From Nageia nagi (Eukaryota > Plantae > Pinophyta), in the NCBI GenBank assembly GCA_050084985.1, contig JBITNC010000001.1, positions 134,974,001 through 135,038,000 of the forward strand: a stretch of DNA of 64,000 bases, in the 5' to 3' direction. Below are positions 24,895-37,309 of this stretch, piece after piece; position 1 is the stretch's first letter; each line of letters opens with the position of its first letter. Under the pieces are notes generated by a model, which worked only from the letters and a program-made list of their open reading frames with translations, did no database searches and was not told the DNA's origin. The translations under genes were made by a program, and so were the position numbers.

Positions 24895-27800
24895 TGTTGT
24901 GCCCACACAACACACCCCAAAATACAAGATTTTGGGGACCCTATTTTTGCAAATGCAATGAAGTGCATTGCCTTGAGATTGGCTTTTGGTGACGGATAGT
25001 TCATTCTGAAGAGCACAAATGTGATATCAGGGAGCGATTTAAGGAGATCTTGCAACGAAGACCCTAACGAGTATCAAATTATCCAGTCACCAGTTTTGTA
25101 GCCAAGGAGTCACGATCTGAGAGACAACATCAAAGCATGGATTTTTCAATCTAGAGTGCAATCAGCTCAGTTTTGCAAAGTTTGAGCTCACTGGTGCCAA
25201 GGGTGACAAAAGGGCATGTTTTTTTTGCAAAATTCAAGCATAATGGTGCCAGGGTGACAAAGATTAGCGGGTTCATCAAGTTTGAGTTTGAGTGCAGTGA
25301 ATATGGCTAAGACGACAAAAATAAGCATTTTTGTCAATTTTAACCCCGGAACGCTAGAAAGGGCAAGTATGATGGAAAATGTGCGTTTTTGTTAATTTTG
25401 AGCCCGGAAGTGGTCAACAAGCCAAGAATGTGCTTTTTTGCTCATTTTGGACCTGAGAAGCTCGAAAGTGGTCAAAAGTGTGAAGTTGAGCTTAGAATGA
25501 CCAGAAAGTGTGGTTTTGGCTGGGAATGCACATAAAGGCTCGTTTTTGATTGGAAATGATTGAAAATGTAGAGTTTGAGTTCTAAAGTGCCAAAAATGCC
25601 GAACATGATCGTTTTTCAGAACTTAAGCTATGTTTTGATCGTAGATATTGGAAATGATCGTTTTTCAGAGTTCGAGCTCGGGAATGATCAAAAAATGACA
25701 AGTTTGAGCTCGGAAACGATGGAAAGTGTGGATTTGGTCAAGTTCAAGCTCGGAAATGGCAGATATGGGTCCGGAATGAACAAGGTGTTCCCAAGAGCAC
25801 AATTTGAGGATTTTAGTGATATTAGGGCCCAGGTTTTGACACAGCTCCCAGGAATGGTAAAATATGAAAACGTTTCAAGAGACAAATGCAAATGGTGTGG
25901 AAATCAAGTCTAAGAGCGTCATTGGAGAGATAAGGCTATTTCTAACACAATTAGGACTTGAAATTTTCAATTTTGACCAAGTTTTGAACCCTCCAAGCCT
26001 AGGTGCAGTTTTTCAATCCTATGGAAATCCATTGAGGTGTATTTTGGCGCCTAGCTAGCAAAGGAAAAATGCAAATAATCTCAAAAATCAAGGGAGATGG
26101 TTTGATTGCATGTAAAATCCCGTTCTAAGGCACTTTAGGTCTACAAATTTTTGATTTTGACCAATGAAGGTGCCCTAAAATCCTAGGCACAAGTTTCCAA
26201 GTGATTGGAAATCCAAAGACTTGCATTTTGGCGCCTAACTTGAAGCAGAAAAATGGATTTTGACCAAAAGACCAAACCAAAGGCATGGATTGATCGAAAA
26301 AGGGGTTTCAAGCACATTTAGTACCTCAAATTTTCGAAATTGAGCAAGTTTTGAGGCCCAAAAAGCTAGGCGCATGTTTTCAGCTGTATGGAAATCTAAT
26401 GGGATGATTTTTGGCGCCTAGCATGTGGAAAAGGAATAAATTTTGTCCAAAACTCAAGTTTGAAGTATTAAGAGCAAGGAAAAGGGCATTTCAAGGCACT
26501 TTAGGTTTACAAAATTTTATTTTTGAGCAAAGAAAATGCCCCAAAAGCATAGGCGCATATTTTCATGCCAATGGAATCCCAAAGAAATGTTATTCAATGC
26601 CTAAGTCAAGGAGGAAGATGAATTTTTCACCAAAAACCAAGTTTGAAAGCATAAATGGATAAAGCACCCCATTCCAAGCATATTTAAACTTGCAAGTTTC
26701 CAATTTTGAGCAAGTTTGGGGGCACAAATATCTAGGTGCAGGTTTGGGGCTGATTGAAGATCCATAGGACTGAAATCTAGCACCTAAGTTGCCAAGAATT
26801 CACAAATTTGGTCCAAAATCAAATTGGACCCTTTCATTGCATAGAAAAAGGCATTTCTTGCACATTTAACACTTGAGTTTTGTGATTTTGAGCCATGGAA
26901 ACCCCTCAAAAAGGAAGGCACAGATTTTCATGCCATTGGGAATCCATAGACCTGAAAATTGGCACCTAAAATGGAAGAATGTGAAGGTTTTGTCCAAAAT
27001 TCAAGTTGGACCCCTTCATTGCATGTAGAAAGACATCTTGAGCACATTTAATACTTCAAATTTTCAATTTTGAGCAACTAAAAGGCACCAAAAGGCTGGA
27101 CGCAGTTTTACAAGTGTATGGAATTTCAATGAGATGAAAACCAACGCCTAACTTGAGGAGGATTTACAAATTTTGCTCAAAATTTGAAAAGTTTACCTTC
27201 ATCACATGGAGAGTGATATTTTAAGCATCTTTAAACTTGAGAATTTTTGAATTTGAGCAAGTTAAAGGGCTCAAAAATCTAGGAGGCATTTCTCATTCCT
27301 ATGGAAATTTCACTTTTTTATCTTTCAAAATCCAGACATGAAAATGGAAAAAATTGCCAAAAACTTCAAATCCTTCCCAAAACCTCCTAAAAGCCCCAAA
27401 ACCTCTCAAAACTTGCCAAATACCTTGTAATCCTATCCTCCATCCATCCATAAGCTCAAATCCACTTTTTGAAAAATTTCCAAATTTCAGACCCCCCCAT
27501 CTTTTTTCGAAAAATAGACCAAAAAATCCATTTTTTCGAAAAATTCTCTCAAAATCCCTTGAAAATTTGCCATGATGATCACATCATAGGTAAATCCAGA
27601 TTCAAAAAGGAAGGAGCTCAAAAGACCGCTAGAAGGCATGGATTTGAATTGCCAATTTTTGACAAATTGATGCAAAATGCCTTGAAATACATGCCAGAGG
27701 GCATCATTTTTTGTAAATATTTTATTTTTAGCATATTTTAGTGGGATGAGACTGTTCTCCCACTAAAACGATATTGTAATTTCAATTTAGCATTCAAATT

Positions 27801-28804
27801 AGCATTTTAAAGCTTTTTTAAGAATTAGGGCAACATCTTCAAATTTTGACCTAAAAAGTCTATAAATAGACCATAGGGGGTCACATTTTGAGGCAAAATG
27901 TTGTAGTCCAAGAAATTTCCAATTTTTTCAAAATTGAAATTTTTTGCAATTGAGGAGCAAATTGTACTTGTGCAAAACTCTTTTGCAAACATAATACAAA
28001 TGGCTACAAGTTGATTCAAAGTGTATTTTCATCTATGGGAGTGGTGGATTGATCTTTTTAGAGCAATTTCTGTAATTTGAACATTTGTGTGTCTTCTCTT
28101 TGAAAACTCTCGAGTTTTAAGAGAATTTGTTACAAACTTTTCTAAAATGTTTGAATTGTCTTAAATTGTTGCTAATTCATCACTTGCTTGTTAAATGCTT
28201 AGTATTCTGAATTGACTTTCTCTTAAGACATCTTCCTAGATCTTTTGTTCAAAACTATCCACCTTCACTCACGTTTAGTGCACTTGGTTGCATCGGTCCT
28301 ATTCACAGAGTACCAACAATCAGTTCCGCTTCTCTCTCATCCTTGGAATGATTAGACAATAGTCATTTATTTCAAGGACTTGATTGAATTGAACAAGATT
28401 TCTTAACCGATATGAGAGAAAGAACATTTAGACAATGCTGCATTGTGATTATCTCTTTGAAGTCTAGCCAGTATTCGACCTCATTTTCACTTTTTCTTTT
28501 CTTTATTTTACACTTTCTTTAAAACTTATGGCAACTTTCGAACTATTGTAAGATAACACACCTCAGTCCCTACAAAAAACGTGAGTTAATAGTTATTACC
28601 TCTACAATACCACTCAGTTGATTCCTAAACAAGACCTACAATTTAAAGCTTGTATTAATGACACGAGCTTTTCGATAGAAACCTTGGGGTATCAATCCTT
28701 ACAAGTGGAGTTCAGTAATGCGTTCTCACCTACATGCTAGGTCGCTTTCCCGTCTTGATCGTATAGGCGATCGCCGAGTAAGAGGAAAGGTTTCTTTCCC
28801 AACA
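24895..28804 (+). repeat. Complete solo LTR (~3.9 kb) with internal ~183-bp tandem array
   Basis: tgttgtgccc...ttcccaaca termini. Near-perfect TSD gtagg/atagg (24890-24894, 28805-28809). TATA ctataaatag at ~27860. Confidence 0.9.
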
Positions 28805-28809
28805 ATAGG

Positions 28810-29900
28810 TAAGGATGTTTGTTTTCGCACTATTTTTGATGATTGTCTTTTTCTTCTTCTTCTTCATCAATTTCCTTTTGGATTCTAGGAAGCCATCTAT
28901 ATTAGTTTGTTCTTGTTCCTAGTCTTCATTGTTTGCTTGTAATGCGATCTTCGGCGGGAGGTTTTTTTACAAAATCCATTAGACCACAGATTCTGGCATA
29001 GACCATCTGCTGAAAATTAAAAAACTATATGCACTCTCAACCATTGTCATAAAAGTTCCCAAAATATTTCCAATAGCTTCAAAGGTAATCCAAACCGCCT
29101 GACCCATATTGGACCTATCGATGGCATATGCTTTTTTGCTTTAAATTCTGTGTTAAGGTTTCGTGAAAAGACCTGCTCTTCCAAAAAACCATGACCCTCA
29201 TTTGAAGTTTGAACACTCGTTCTTGATCCTCCTCACTAGCAAAGAGAGTTAGGAAATAGCCATTAGGGTAAGGTGCTATCTGGAACTCTCTTTTTGTGTG
29301 CTAATGTTTTGCTGCCTAGTTATTGAGTGTTGCCAGTAAAGGTCTGAACTCCATGAATCTGCATATCATTTCTTTCCTTTCCATCCTGTGAGTACCTCCC
29401 TAAAAATCCATTTCTTCCAACCTCACTATTGGAGATCCAACAACAACTTTCATACAACCTTTTTTGTCTTCCTAGGGTCTACATTCAGCATTTGCAGGGC
29501 TTTCTATACAAATTTAATGTCAGCATTGCGAACATTCCTCTTGGTCATATCCCAAAAGGATAGTTTTGGGCAAAGGGATCTTCGGTCTCCCCCATCATCT
29601 TTACTCTGTTGGACTTGATCGCATTCCATCCTCAACAAAGCCCGTGATCTTAGAATAACGTTGTTTGGTTTTTGATTTCCAATTCTTCTAAAGAATTTTC
29701 TCCATATGGTGTTAGGAAATAACCTACAAGGAGTCTGTATACACTTTCATGCCCAGTTTTGGATTAAGTATTGAAATGCAACAAATTGAACAGGTTGGGC
29801 TCGTAACTTCCTTCTGTTGGGATGTTTTTCCTTCTTATAAAGACCATCTAGGGTGATAAATGGAAAGGCATCCAACATATGGTCGATGCTTCATTACTAA
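28810..29900 (-). mobile_element. L1 LINE ORF1 remnant
   Basis: Minus strand reads FEAIGNILGTF and YARICGLMD (~28975-29085), typical of plant L1 ORF1 (DUF4283/zinc-knuckle region). Heavily decayed. Confidence 0.55.
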
Positions 29901-30059
29901 CCTCCACTTGCAAGGATTGGTTACCCCAAGGTTTCTAGTATCTTAAAGTATCATTTGTGATGGTGATAGTAGCTGTAGTTAAGTGGGAGGATAGAGGTAG
30001 CAACTGTTAACCATGTTTATTGTAGGCCTCGGAGTTGTCTTACATCAATTGAAAGGATA

Positions 30060-31330
30060 GACTTTTGATGTTAAAAAAGAGAAAAATAACAAAGTAAAAG
30101 GGAGTGGAAAGTGGGGATGATTGCATAGGAGGTGAGTTCATTTAGAGACAAGTTCACCAATGGATCAATGGTTAGATCACTTTCTCTCCACGTTTATTAT
30201 GATGTGCCTACTCACTTATCCAATCCTTGCCACAAATGATTAAGTCCAAGTTGTAAGCAAGGTGGAGCCTATAGCAGTGTTACCAGGTGCAACAACATGA
30301 GCAATCCATCAAACCAAATGACTTAGAAAGAACTTCACTAACATTTATCCATTTGCATGCGAAAGAGTGGACAATGTTTATCAAATGACAATCATAGAAC
30401 TTCATAAGATACTCATTCAACTTTCTAACAAGCACACACTTGAGAGAAATGCAAACAAGTCATATAATAACCATAAGTAAATACTAAGTACAAATACTCA
30501 AGTCCACAATCCCATTAAGTGAAACAAGCCTTGATTTGTTAAATTATGCTTTTCATTACAAGATAGCATTCAAAGTTTCAACAAATTCTCAACATGGCTC
30601 CTATTGAGTAACATGATCCTTCTCAAAATGAACCCTCTAGGGCTATTTATAATGTTTCAAAACCCTAATAGCTGTTGCCCTAACCCTAATTTAAATTCAA
30701 ATGAAAGTAACCCAATTTCTAACCAGAAAATGACAAGTGTCAACATAAGATCTAATCATGCACTTGTGGGAGCAAATCCTCATCCATCACGAGGCAATAA
30801 TATGTTTAAACAAAATGTCTTTTTTGAAATAATAAACTAGATAAAAATTTGGCCAACTTTAATTTCACGCTTGGGAAGCGTGTTGTCTTCTTTGGGATTT
30901 TCTTTCTCTTGTTCCTCCAACTCTATGGCGATCCTCCTAAGCTCGATAATCTGTTCTGCTCCAGTTGTCTCTACATCGCCAATCTTTATCTTCTGGGGAT
31001 GAGTCTCCAAGTCTTGAGGTTTCTCTAGATCCTTGTTTAGGAAGACTTTGGTGACTGACAATGTATTATTGACCTTGAAGATGAATTTGCTTACATCGTG
31101 AGTTTCGGTGGACTCATCTTTCACCCTCTAGTCAGGGTCTTCATGTGATGCTCTAATCAAAGCTGCTAGGTCAATATTGTACTTCTTCTTTGATGTAGTG
31201 GCTTCGGTAGTCACCACCTTCTTTGACTCAAACCTTCTTTCCTTTCATCTTGGAGTTTGTCTCTGCCATTTTGATCCTTGATGTGAAATAGTACCATGAA
31301 CGCCTTAGCAAATGAAGAGGGAAAGCTTTC
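30060..31330 (-). repeat. Diverged LTR fragment related to the 1-1218/34737 family, in opposite orientation
   Basis: gtgggagcaaatcctcatcc (~30767-30786) is the reverse complement of the family motif. Reverse TATA ctatttata at ~30643. Boundaries approximate. Confidence 0.65.
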
Positions 31331-34300
31331 TTGACTCACCCTAAAGACTCCAAAAGAATTCACCCTTCCACGTGAACCTCTCCCTCACGGCTTGGTATGT
31401 TTTGGTGACTCCTGGATGTCCAGCGAGAGGGGTGTTATTTAGGGTTTGGAGGATCTTTTCTCGAACCTCTGAATTTGGGACCAAGAGTATCCTATTCCTC
31501 TTCAATATCAAACCATCCTTGAAAACATATCTCCTGTTTTTCACCATCCCACTCAAAATTCCAGCAGCAAACTCATCTCTTGTATACTCAGCCATGATCA
31601 TCTTCTTCCAATCTGTCGTGATGGTGGAGAGAGAATGGAAAGAAGGGTTCTTTGACAACACATCGACTGCCGTGTTCTTCTTCCCCTTTATGTAGTGAAT
31701 CTCAAAATGAAAATACTGCAGCTTGCTTACCCACCTCTATTGCTTTTCACTCAGATCCGTCTGACTAAGGAAGTATTTGAGATTGTTGTGATCACTTCAA
31801 ATGATGAACAGACCACAAACTAGGTATTGCTTGAACTTCTCCAACGCATGCATGATAGCTAACATCTCCTTGTCATAGACGCTGAAATTCTGTTCAGCAG
31901 TAGAAAGTTTGCGAATTTCAAATGCAATTGGCTGCCCCTTCTGCATAAGAACTACCCCAACGCCCAATTTGTACGCATCACATTCAACCGTGAAAGGCAT
32001 CGACAAATCTGGTATAGCTAGGCAGGGACATGTGCACATGACCTTCTTGAGTGCCTCAAAGGTCTCCTGTGCAATGGGACTCCACACGAATGCTTCCTTC
32101 TTGGTAAGCTATGTGAGGGGCGGCTAGGTGAGAAAATCCCTATATGAACCTCCAGTAATAATTGCAAAGCCCTAGAAACCCTCTTAGCTTCATGATGGAC
32201 ATGGGAACCGACCAGTCTTGAGTAGCTACGATCTTTTGTTCATCAACCCTAACTCCCTTGTGATTGATGTGCTGCCGTAGGTACAAGATTTCCGTCATTC
32301 CAAACTCACATTTGGACAGCTTGGCATAAAACCGTTGTTCCTACAATATCTTCAATACTTGATCCAGGTGTTGGAGGTGCTCCTCCCATGTTTGGCTATA
32401 CAACTTTGGTAATTGCTCCTTGAATAATTGATTCATGGCAGACTGGAATGTTGCAGGTGCATTGGTCAATCCAAAGGGCATCACCAAGAATTCGAAATGA
32501 CCATAATGACACCGGAACGTTTTGTGGACGTCCTCCTCCTTCATTTGGATTTGATGGTATCCTGATCTCAATTTAATTTTTGAAAAGTACTTTGCCCCAT
32601 GCAACTCATCAATGAGATCGTCCACCCGTGGGATCGGATATCAATTCTTTATTGTCTTCTTGTTGAGGAGCCTGTAGTCGATGCACATCCGCATTGTCTC
32701 ATCTTTCTTCTTCACCAACATGATCGAAGAGGCAAATGGGCTAGAGCTGGGGCAAATGAAACCCGTATTTATACACCTTCGGATGCCTGTAGGGGGTCAC
32801 CATGATCAGTTTGGCTTCAGATTCTAGATCCACCATGTCCTCAAATCCTCTGGATGGTGGCAACCCTTTTGGAATTTCTCTGAAGACGTTTGGATATTGA
32901 TCTAAGATGTGTTGGATCTTTGTCAGTTGCTTCTTAGCCTCCCCATTGTGCAACATGGGTCCTCCTTTGGTGATGGTGAAGATGCAACCCCATTTGACCT
33001 CCCTTTCCGGATGATAGCCCTCATACTTTTGGCCGAAACTAGTTGTGGGACGACCTCCAATCTGTGGTTAGACACACCAGATCTGAGCATCAACTTCCGT
33101 TCCTTATCCTTCTTTTGCCTGAAACTATCTCGAGCTTCATCTACCGATCCTGTTTCGGACGTTGGGATTTTCACTGTATCTACCTTCCCAATGTTGGATC
33201 CCTTGAATCCCTGCCGTGCCACCACTCTGTATCCCAACAGATCCTGATACAATTGGAAAGTGACATCTCTCTGGAACTCTTTGGTCGTCCCGCGGTAGAT
33301 CTGGAGCAATATTTCGATCTTTGGCAGGGTCTTGTGTCAACACACAGATCTGGGCTCCCATGTCTGTCCTCTCTTCTTACACACCTTCTCTTCATGTCGT
33401 TCCTTTAGGAACCACAACAGCTTTTCCCTTTCTTCTGTAGGGTTATTGTATCCTTAAAGCCTTTGTAGTAGTTGGTAGAAGACTACCTCGCCATACTCGG
33501 ATTTCTTTACCCTTGTTGTAGATCTAGCTTCCATCTCCTCAGGCGGCAAGATCTTCAGCTCTGATGCCATTGTAATGATCCAAACAAGATCTCAAGCAAT
33601 AATCAGCAAATTCTATTACAAAATCCTCAAGCTAGGGCATCCACTTTATAGTACAACAACCCTAGTATGCCAACGTTGGACCCCTTAAGCACAATAACAC
33701 CAAATAGTACCAACGAATGGCCAATTCCAACAATATATGACAACAACAAGCTTATAATGCCAATGTATGGCTTACACATGCACAATAATGCCAAACGATG
33801 CCACAATATGATCATATACAACACAAATGCTGAGATTTGAATGCCCCACGGCTTATATTATGATTTGGAATGAGCAACAATACAATACCAAGCCCAAGAG
33901 GGCTGACATCAACATCCTAGGAGCTGACTAGGGTTGGATGAACTCTTCTACAATGCTGGACCGACGTGGGACAGTAATGCCTCCTTGCAACATGATTCCT
34001 CTCCACCGAAGGAGCCCTCCTTAGATTCGGATAGCCAAGCGAATGGCAAAGACTCCACCTCAGAATACCATCGGATGGGCAAAGGTGCTACACTAGTGCC
34101 GTAGGTTGCCAAGATCGCTCAGCCGGACAATCCTCTTAGGTGCTCCACCTAAGGAATACACTTAGCGTTGCGCTAAGGTTGTGTCCATCGAACGTTATAG
34201 AAGTAAAGGTATAATAATCAGTCTATCAAGAAAATGAGGCTCCAAACCTCTTTATACTCCTCGCTTGGTCCTAGATCTCACCTCGAAATCACCACCAGGC

Positions 34301-34736
34301 TCTTAGACCCCAACATTAGCCTCTAGAGGGCCCGGAATGTCCAACGTGGGTGCTTAGGGATCAGGCATGCCAACATGGGGTCTTGGGTGCCATAAATGCC
34401 AATGTAGGGTCAAGGGGTGCCACACATGCCCACGTGGGTCTAGGTGTCATGTGTGGGAGCCTAGGTGTCTATGATGGGCCAATGTGGGGTCTAGGGGACT
34501 CCCCAAGGTTGGCGCAAGCTTATAATCTCCTATACAGACCATTTAAGTGTATTAAGAACTTGGGATTCCCATTATCATGTTCAGGATCTCCAAGTACACT
34601 TATCTAATTTATTCTACACTTGGGAGGGAGACATCCCACTAGGGGCTCATAATGGGGTCCATTGACCAATTAAACTCCTACCCCAAGTTACACACAACAT
34701 AACACACCACTAATACAATATCACTAAGATGGGCCT

Positions 34737-37309
34737 TGTGCCCTACACAACTCGCCCCAAAATTTCACAATTTTGGGGACCCTCTGCAACTTACACTCTT
34801 CTGGCACCTAGTCAATAGAGCCTCTCCTTGTCTTGATTGACTCAAAATCACACCTATCATCTCATCACGTAAGTGTTTTCAACCACCCAATCTTGGTCAT
34901 GTCATGTTGCAGAGCTAAAACCCTTGAAAAATGGCTAAGTCTGGGGAATCTAAGTCGAGTTTAGGTGAAACTGGGAAACTTGAGTCGAGTCGGAATCAAG
35001 CAAAGCAAGTCTGGGCCAGTCCTAGGCTTGGCATATGCTCTAGAAAGACAATTTTGTTTTTTTGGGATGTGCGCTTGGGCCAATAGCACGCTCGATTTGG
35101 AGTTCAAGTTTGGAAAGATGAATTGGGTCACTTCTAGACTTGGCACATGCTGTGAAAAGACAAAATTTTGTCTTTTTAGGCCATACGCCAGGTTTTGGGA
35201 GGCACCCGAGATGGAACGAAGGCCAGAAAGAGCAAGCATGAGACATTTCAAGGCTGGTGCATGCCTCAAAAAGACAAAATTTTGTCTTTTGGGAGCATGC
35301 GCCTGGGCCAGGAGGTTGCTAGGACAAGGCTGGGAGATGGAAGATCGAAGCATACCCACCGAGGAGGTTGGAGCATGCCTCAAAAAGACAAAATCTTGTC
35401 TTTTGGGAGCATGCGCCAAGGGTAGAAGGGCATCTAGTTTGAATGAAAGGAAAAATTTGGCTAAGGCATGGAGCCTTGAAGATCGAATCCAGCTTCAACA
35501 GGACTGGAGGGACTGGTGCATGGTTTGGAAAGACAAAATCTTGACTCCTGGGAGCATGCACCAAGCCTAGGAAGACAATAGGACGGGAAGAAACGTGAAA
35601 ATTTGACTAAGTCCTGAGAGTAGAAAGCCGAAATGAAGTCAATCAGGCCATTTGCAACCCAACGCATGCTTCAGAAAGACAAAATCTTGACTTTCTAGAT
35701 CATGCACCCAAACTAGAGGAGTCGAAGAGTTGGGTGCACGTTTCAAAAAGACAAAATCTTGTCTTTTGAAATCATGTGCTCAGCCTGGGGGAAGTTCCAG
35801 TTGAGTTTTTTGGACAAATTTGGCTAAGGCGTGGACTCCTCAAACCAGCATCCAACTAAGGCATGACTTAGGAGAGTTGGGAGCATTGTTTCAAAAGACA
35901 AAATTTTGTCTTTCTGTAGCATGCTCCTAGCTCAGGAGAGAGTTGGGAGCACGGTTTCAAAAGACAAAATCTTTACTTTCTCCGACATGCTCCAAGTTCA
36001 AGGCATACGTCCGAGATGGCCAGATTTCAAAGACATTCCTGGGTCATCCTAGTGATACATATAGGCTACTAGATTGTCCTTGCAGGTGCCCAAAAGGTGA
36101 ACAGGTCAAGTCCAGTGTTGCAAAGACAGAGACGATGGACCGATCGGAATAAACAGGAGAATCATTGAGGCGAGATGTTGCAAGCGCAACAATTAGCTTT
36201 TATGTTATCTTATTTATTTCAATATTATTTTAAGTTTGGATTTCAGAAACCTATTAAATTCTGTACAGCCTTGTGATGGATGAGGATTTGCTCCCACAAA
36301 TGTTGGAATAAATCTTGTAATGCCATGTGGCACTCTATTATTGGACCACATTTTATTTTCTTGAAATTCATGACTAGGGTTAGGGCAACATAGTGGTTGC
36401 TCCAAAAACTATTTATACCCCATTTTGATTCATTTGTAAAGGGGGGATTGACATTTTAACAAGTTGAACGAACTTTTGCTTACAACACAAAATTTCTCTA
36501 AATTTGTTAAACATGGTGTATGTGAATGCAATTATGTTTATATGCCCTCATGTGGTAATGCCAAACTTGAATGAATGATTAACAGTGTTGTCTAGTTTGT
36601 GTTATCACTGCTTGGTGTTGATTTTTAATCACTTGGTGCATCTTGTAAATTCCAGTGAGGGTGGACAAGAGAATGCTTGGAGATTTTATGAAGTGCTTGA
36701 TTAGCATCTTGTTTGTGATATTTTGTCATTTGCAATCTTAGACTTGGATACCTCAAGATGTCTTGTTGATGTCACTCATAGTAGGAACTTCACCCGGATC
36801 GTTGAGTCTTGCCCTCATCCCATCCTATTCCATCGTTGCCATAGCTTCACACTACTTCCACTAGACCATTCGTGTTGTGGGCTAGTGGGATAGATCGAGG
36901 TGGAACCTACGTCGAGACCCAACAAGTTGACTTTTGAGGACCTTATCCCAAGCCCGTGATTACAGATGCCTATAGTTGCATCTCACTACCCACAGTCTTT
37001 CCACCAATTTTTCTTTGTTTTATTTTATACTTTTTTTCCGCGATTTTCACACCCGTGTTTCCCTTTCAACATTTTCTAGAAACAACTTTGTCTAGCCACA
37101 GAGACAATCCGAGTCCTTGAATCCACACATGATGTTCATGTTGGTGGCAACTTTAAACATCTCAGCCATTCCCTGAGTTAACTTTTCCCAAGTCGTGAAG
37201 CTAACCTTCGGGGTAACCAGTCCCCATAGCGGGAGGGAGTAACGTCTCTTTGCCTGAGTTGTTGGCATTTTTCTCACTACTCTAGGGTAGGAAAGAAAAC
37301 CACCCAACA
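34737..37309 (+). repeat. Solo LTR (~2.57 kb) nested in the 33571 LTR
   Basis: tgtgccctacacaac..ttttggggaccct start and cacccaaca end. TSD ggcct/agcct (34732-34736, 37310-37314). Homologous to 1-1218 plus 7221-7320. Confidence 0.87.
35030..35995. repeat. Array of nine ~42-bp palindromic repeats inside an LTR
   Basis: Consensus gcatgc-ctc-aaaaagacaaaa|ttttgtctttt-ggga-gcatgc. The aaagaca cores start at 35044, 35156, 35270, 35384, 35529, 35675, 35747, 35894 and 35960. Confidence 0.92.

Noticed and set aside
34965-35570. 201-aa Cys/Lys-rich repeat ORF and its antisense ORFs
   Set aside because: It starts at GTG and simply translates the palindrome array. Openness on both strands follows from dyad symmetry, and there is no recognisable domain.
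35030-35995. CRISPR array interpretation of the spaced palindromes
   Set aside because: The DNA is eukaryotic and the array sits inside a TSD-flanked LTR. No cas genes are present, spacings are irregular (66-147 bp), and the longer spacers resemble each other (aattt(t)g.ctaag) rather than being unique.
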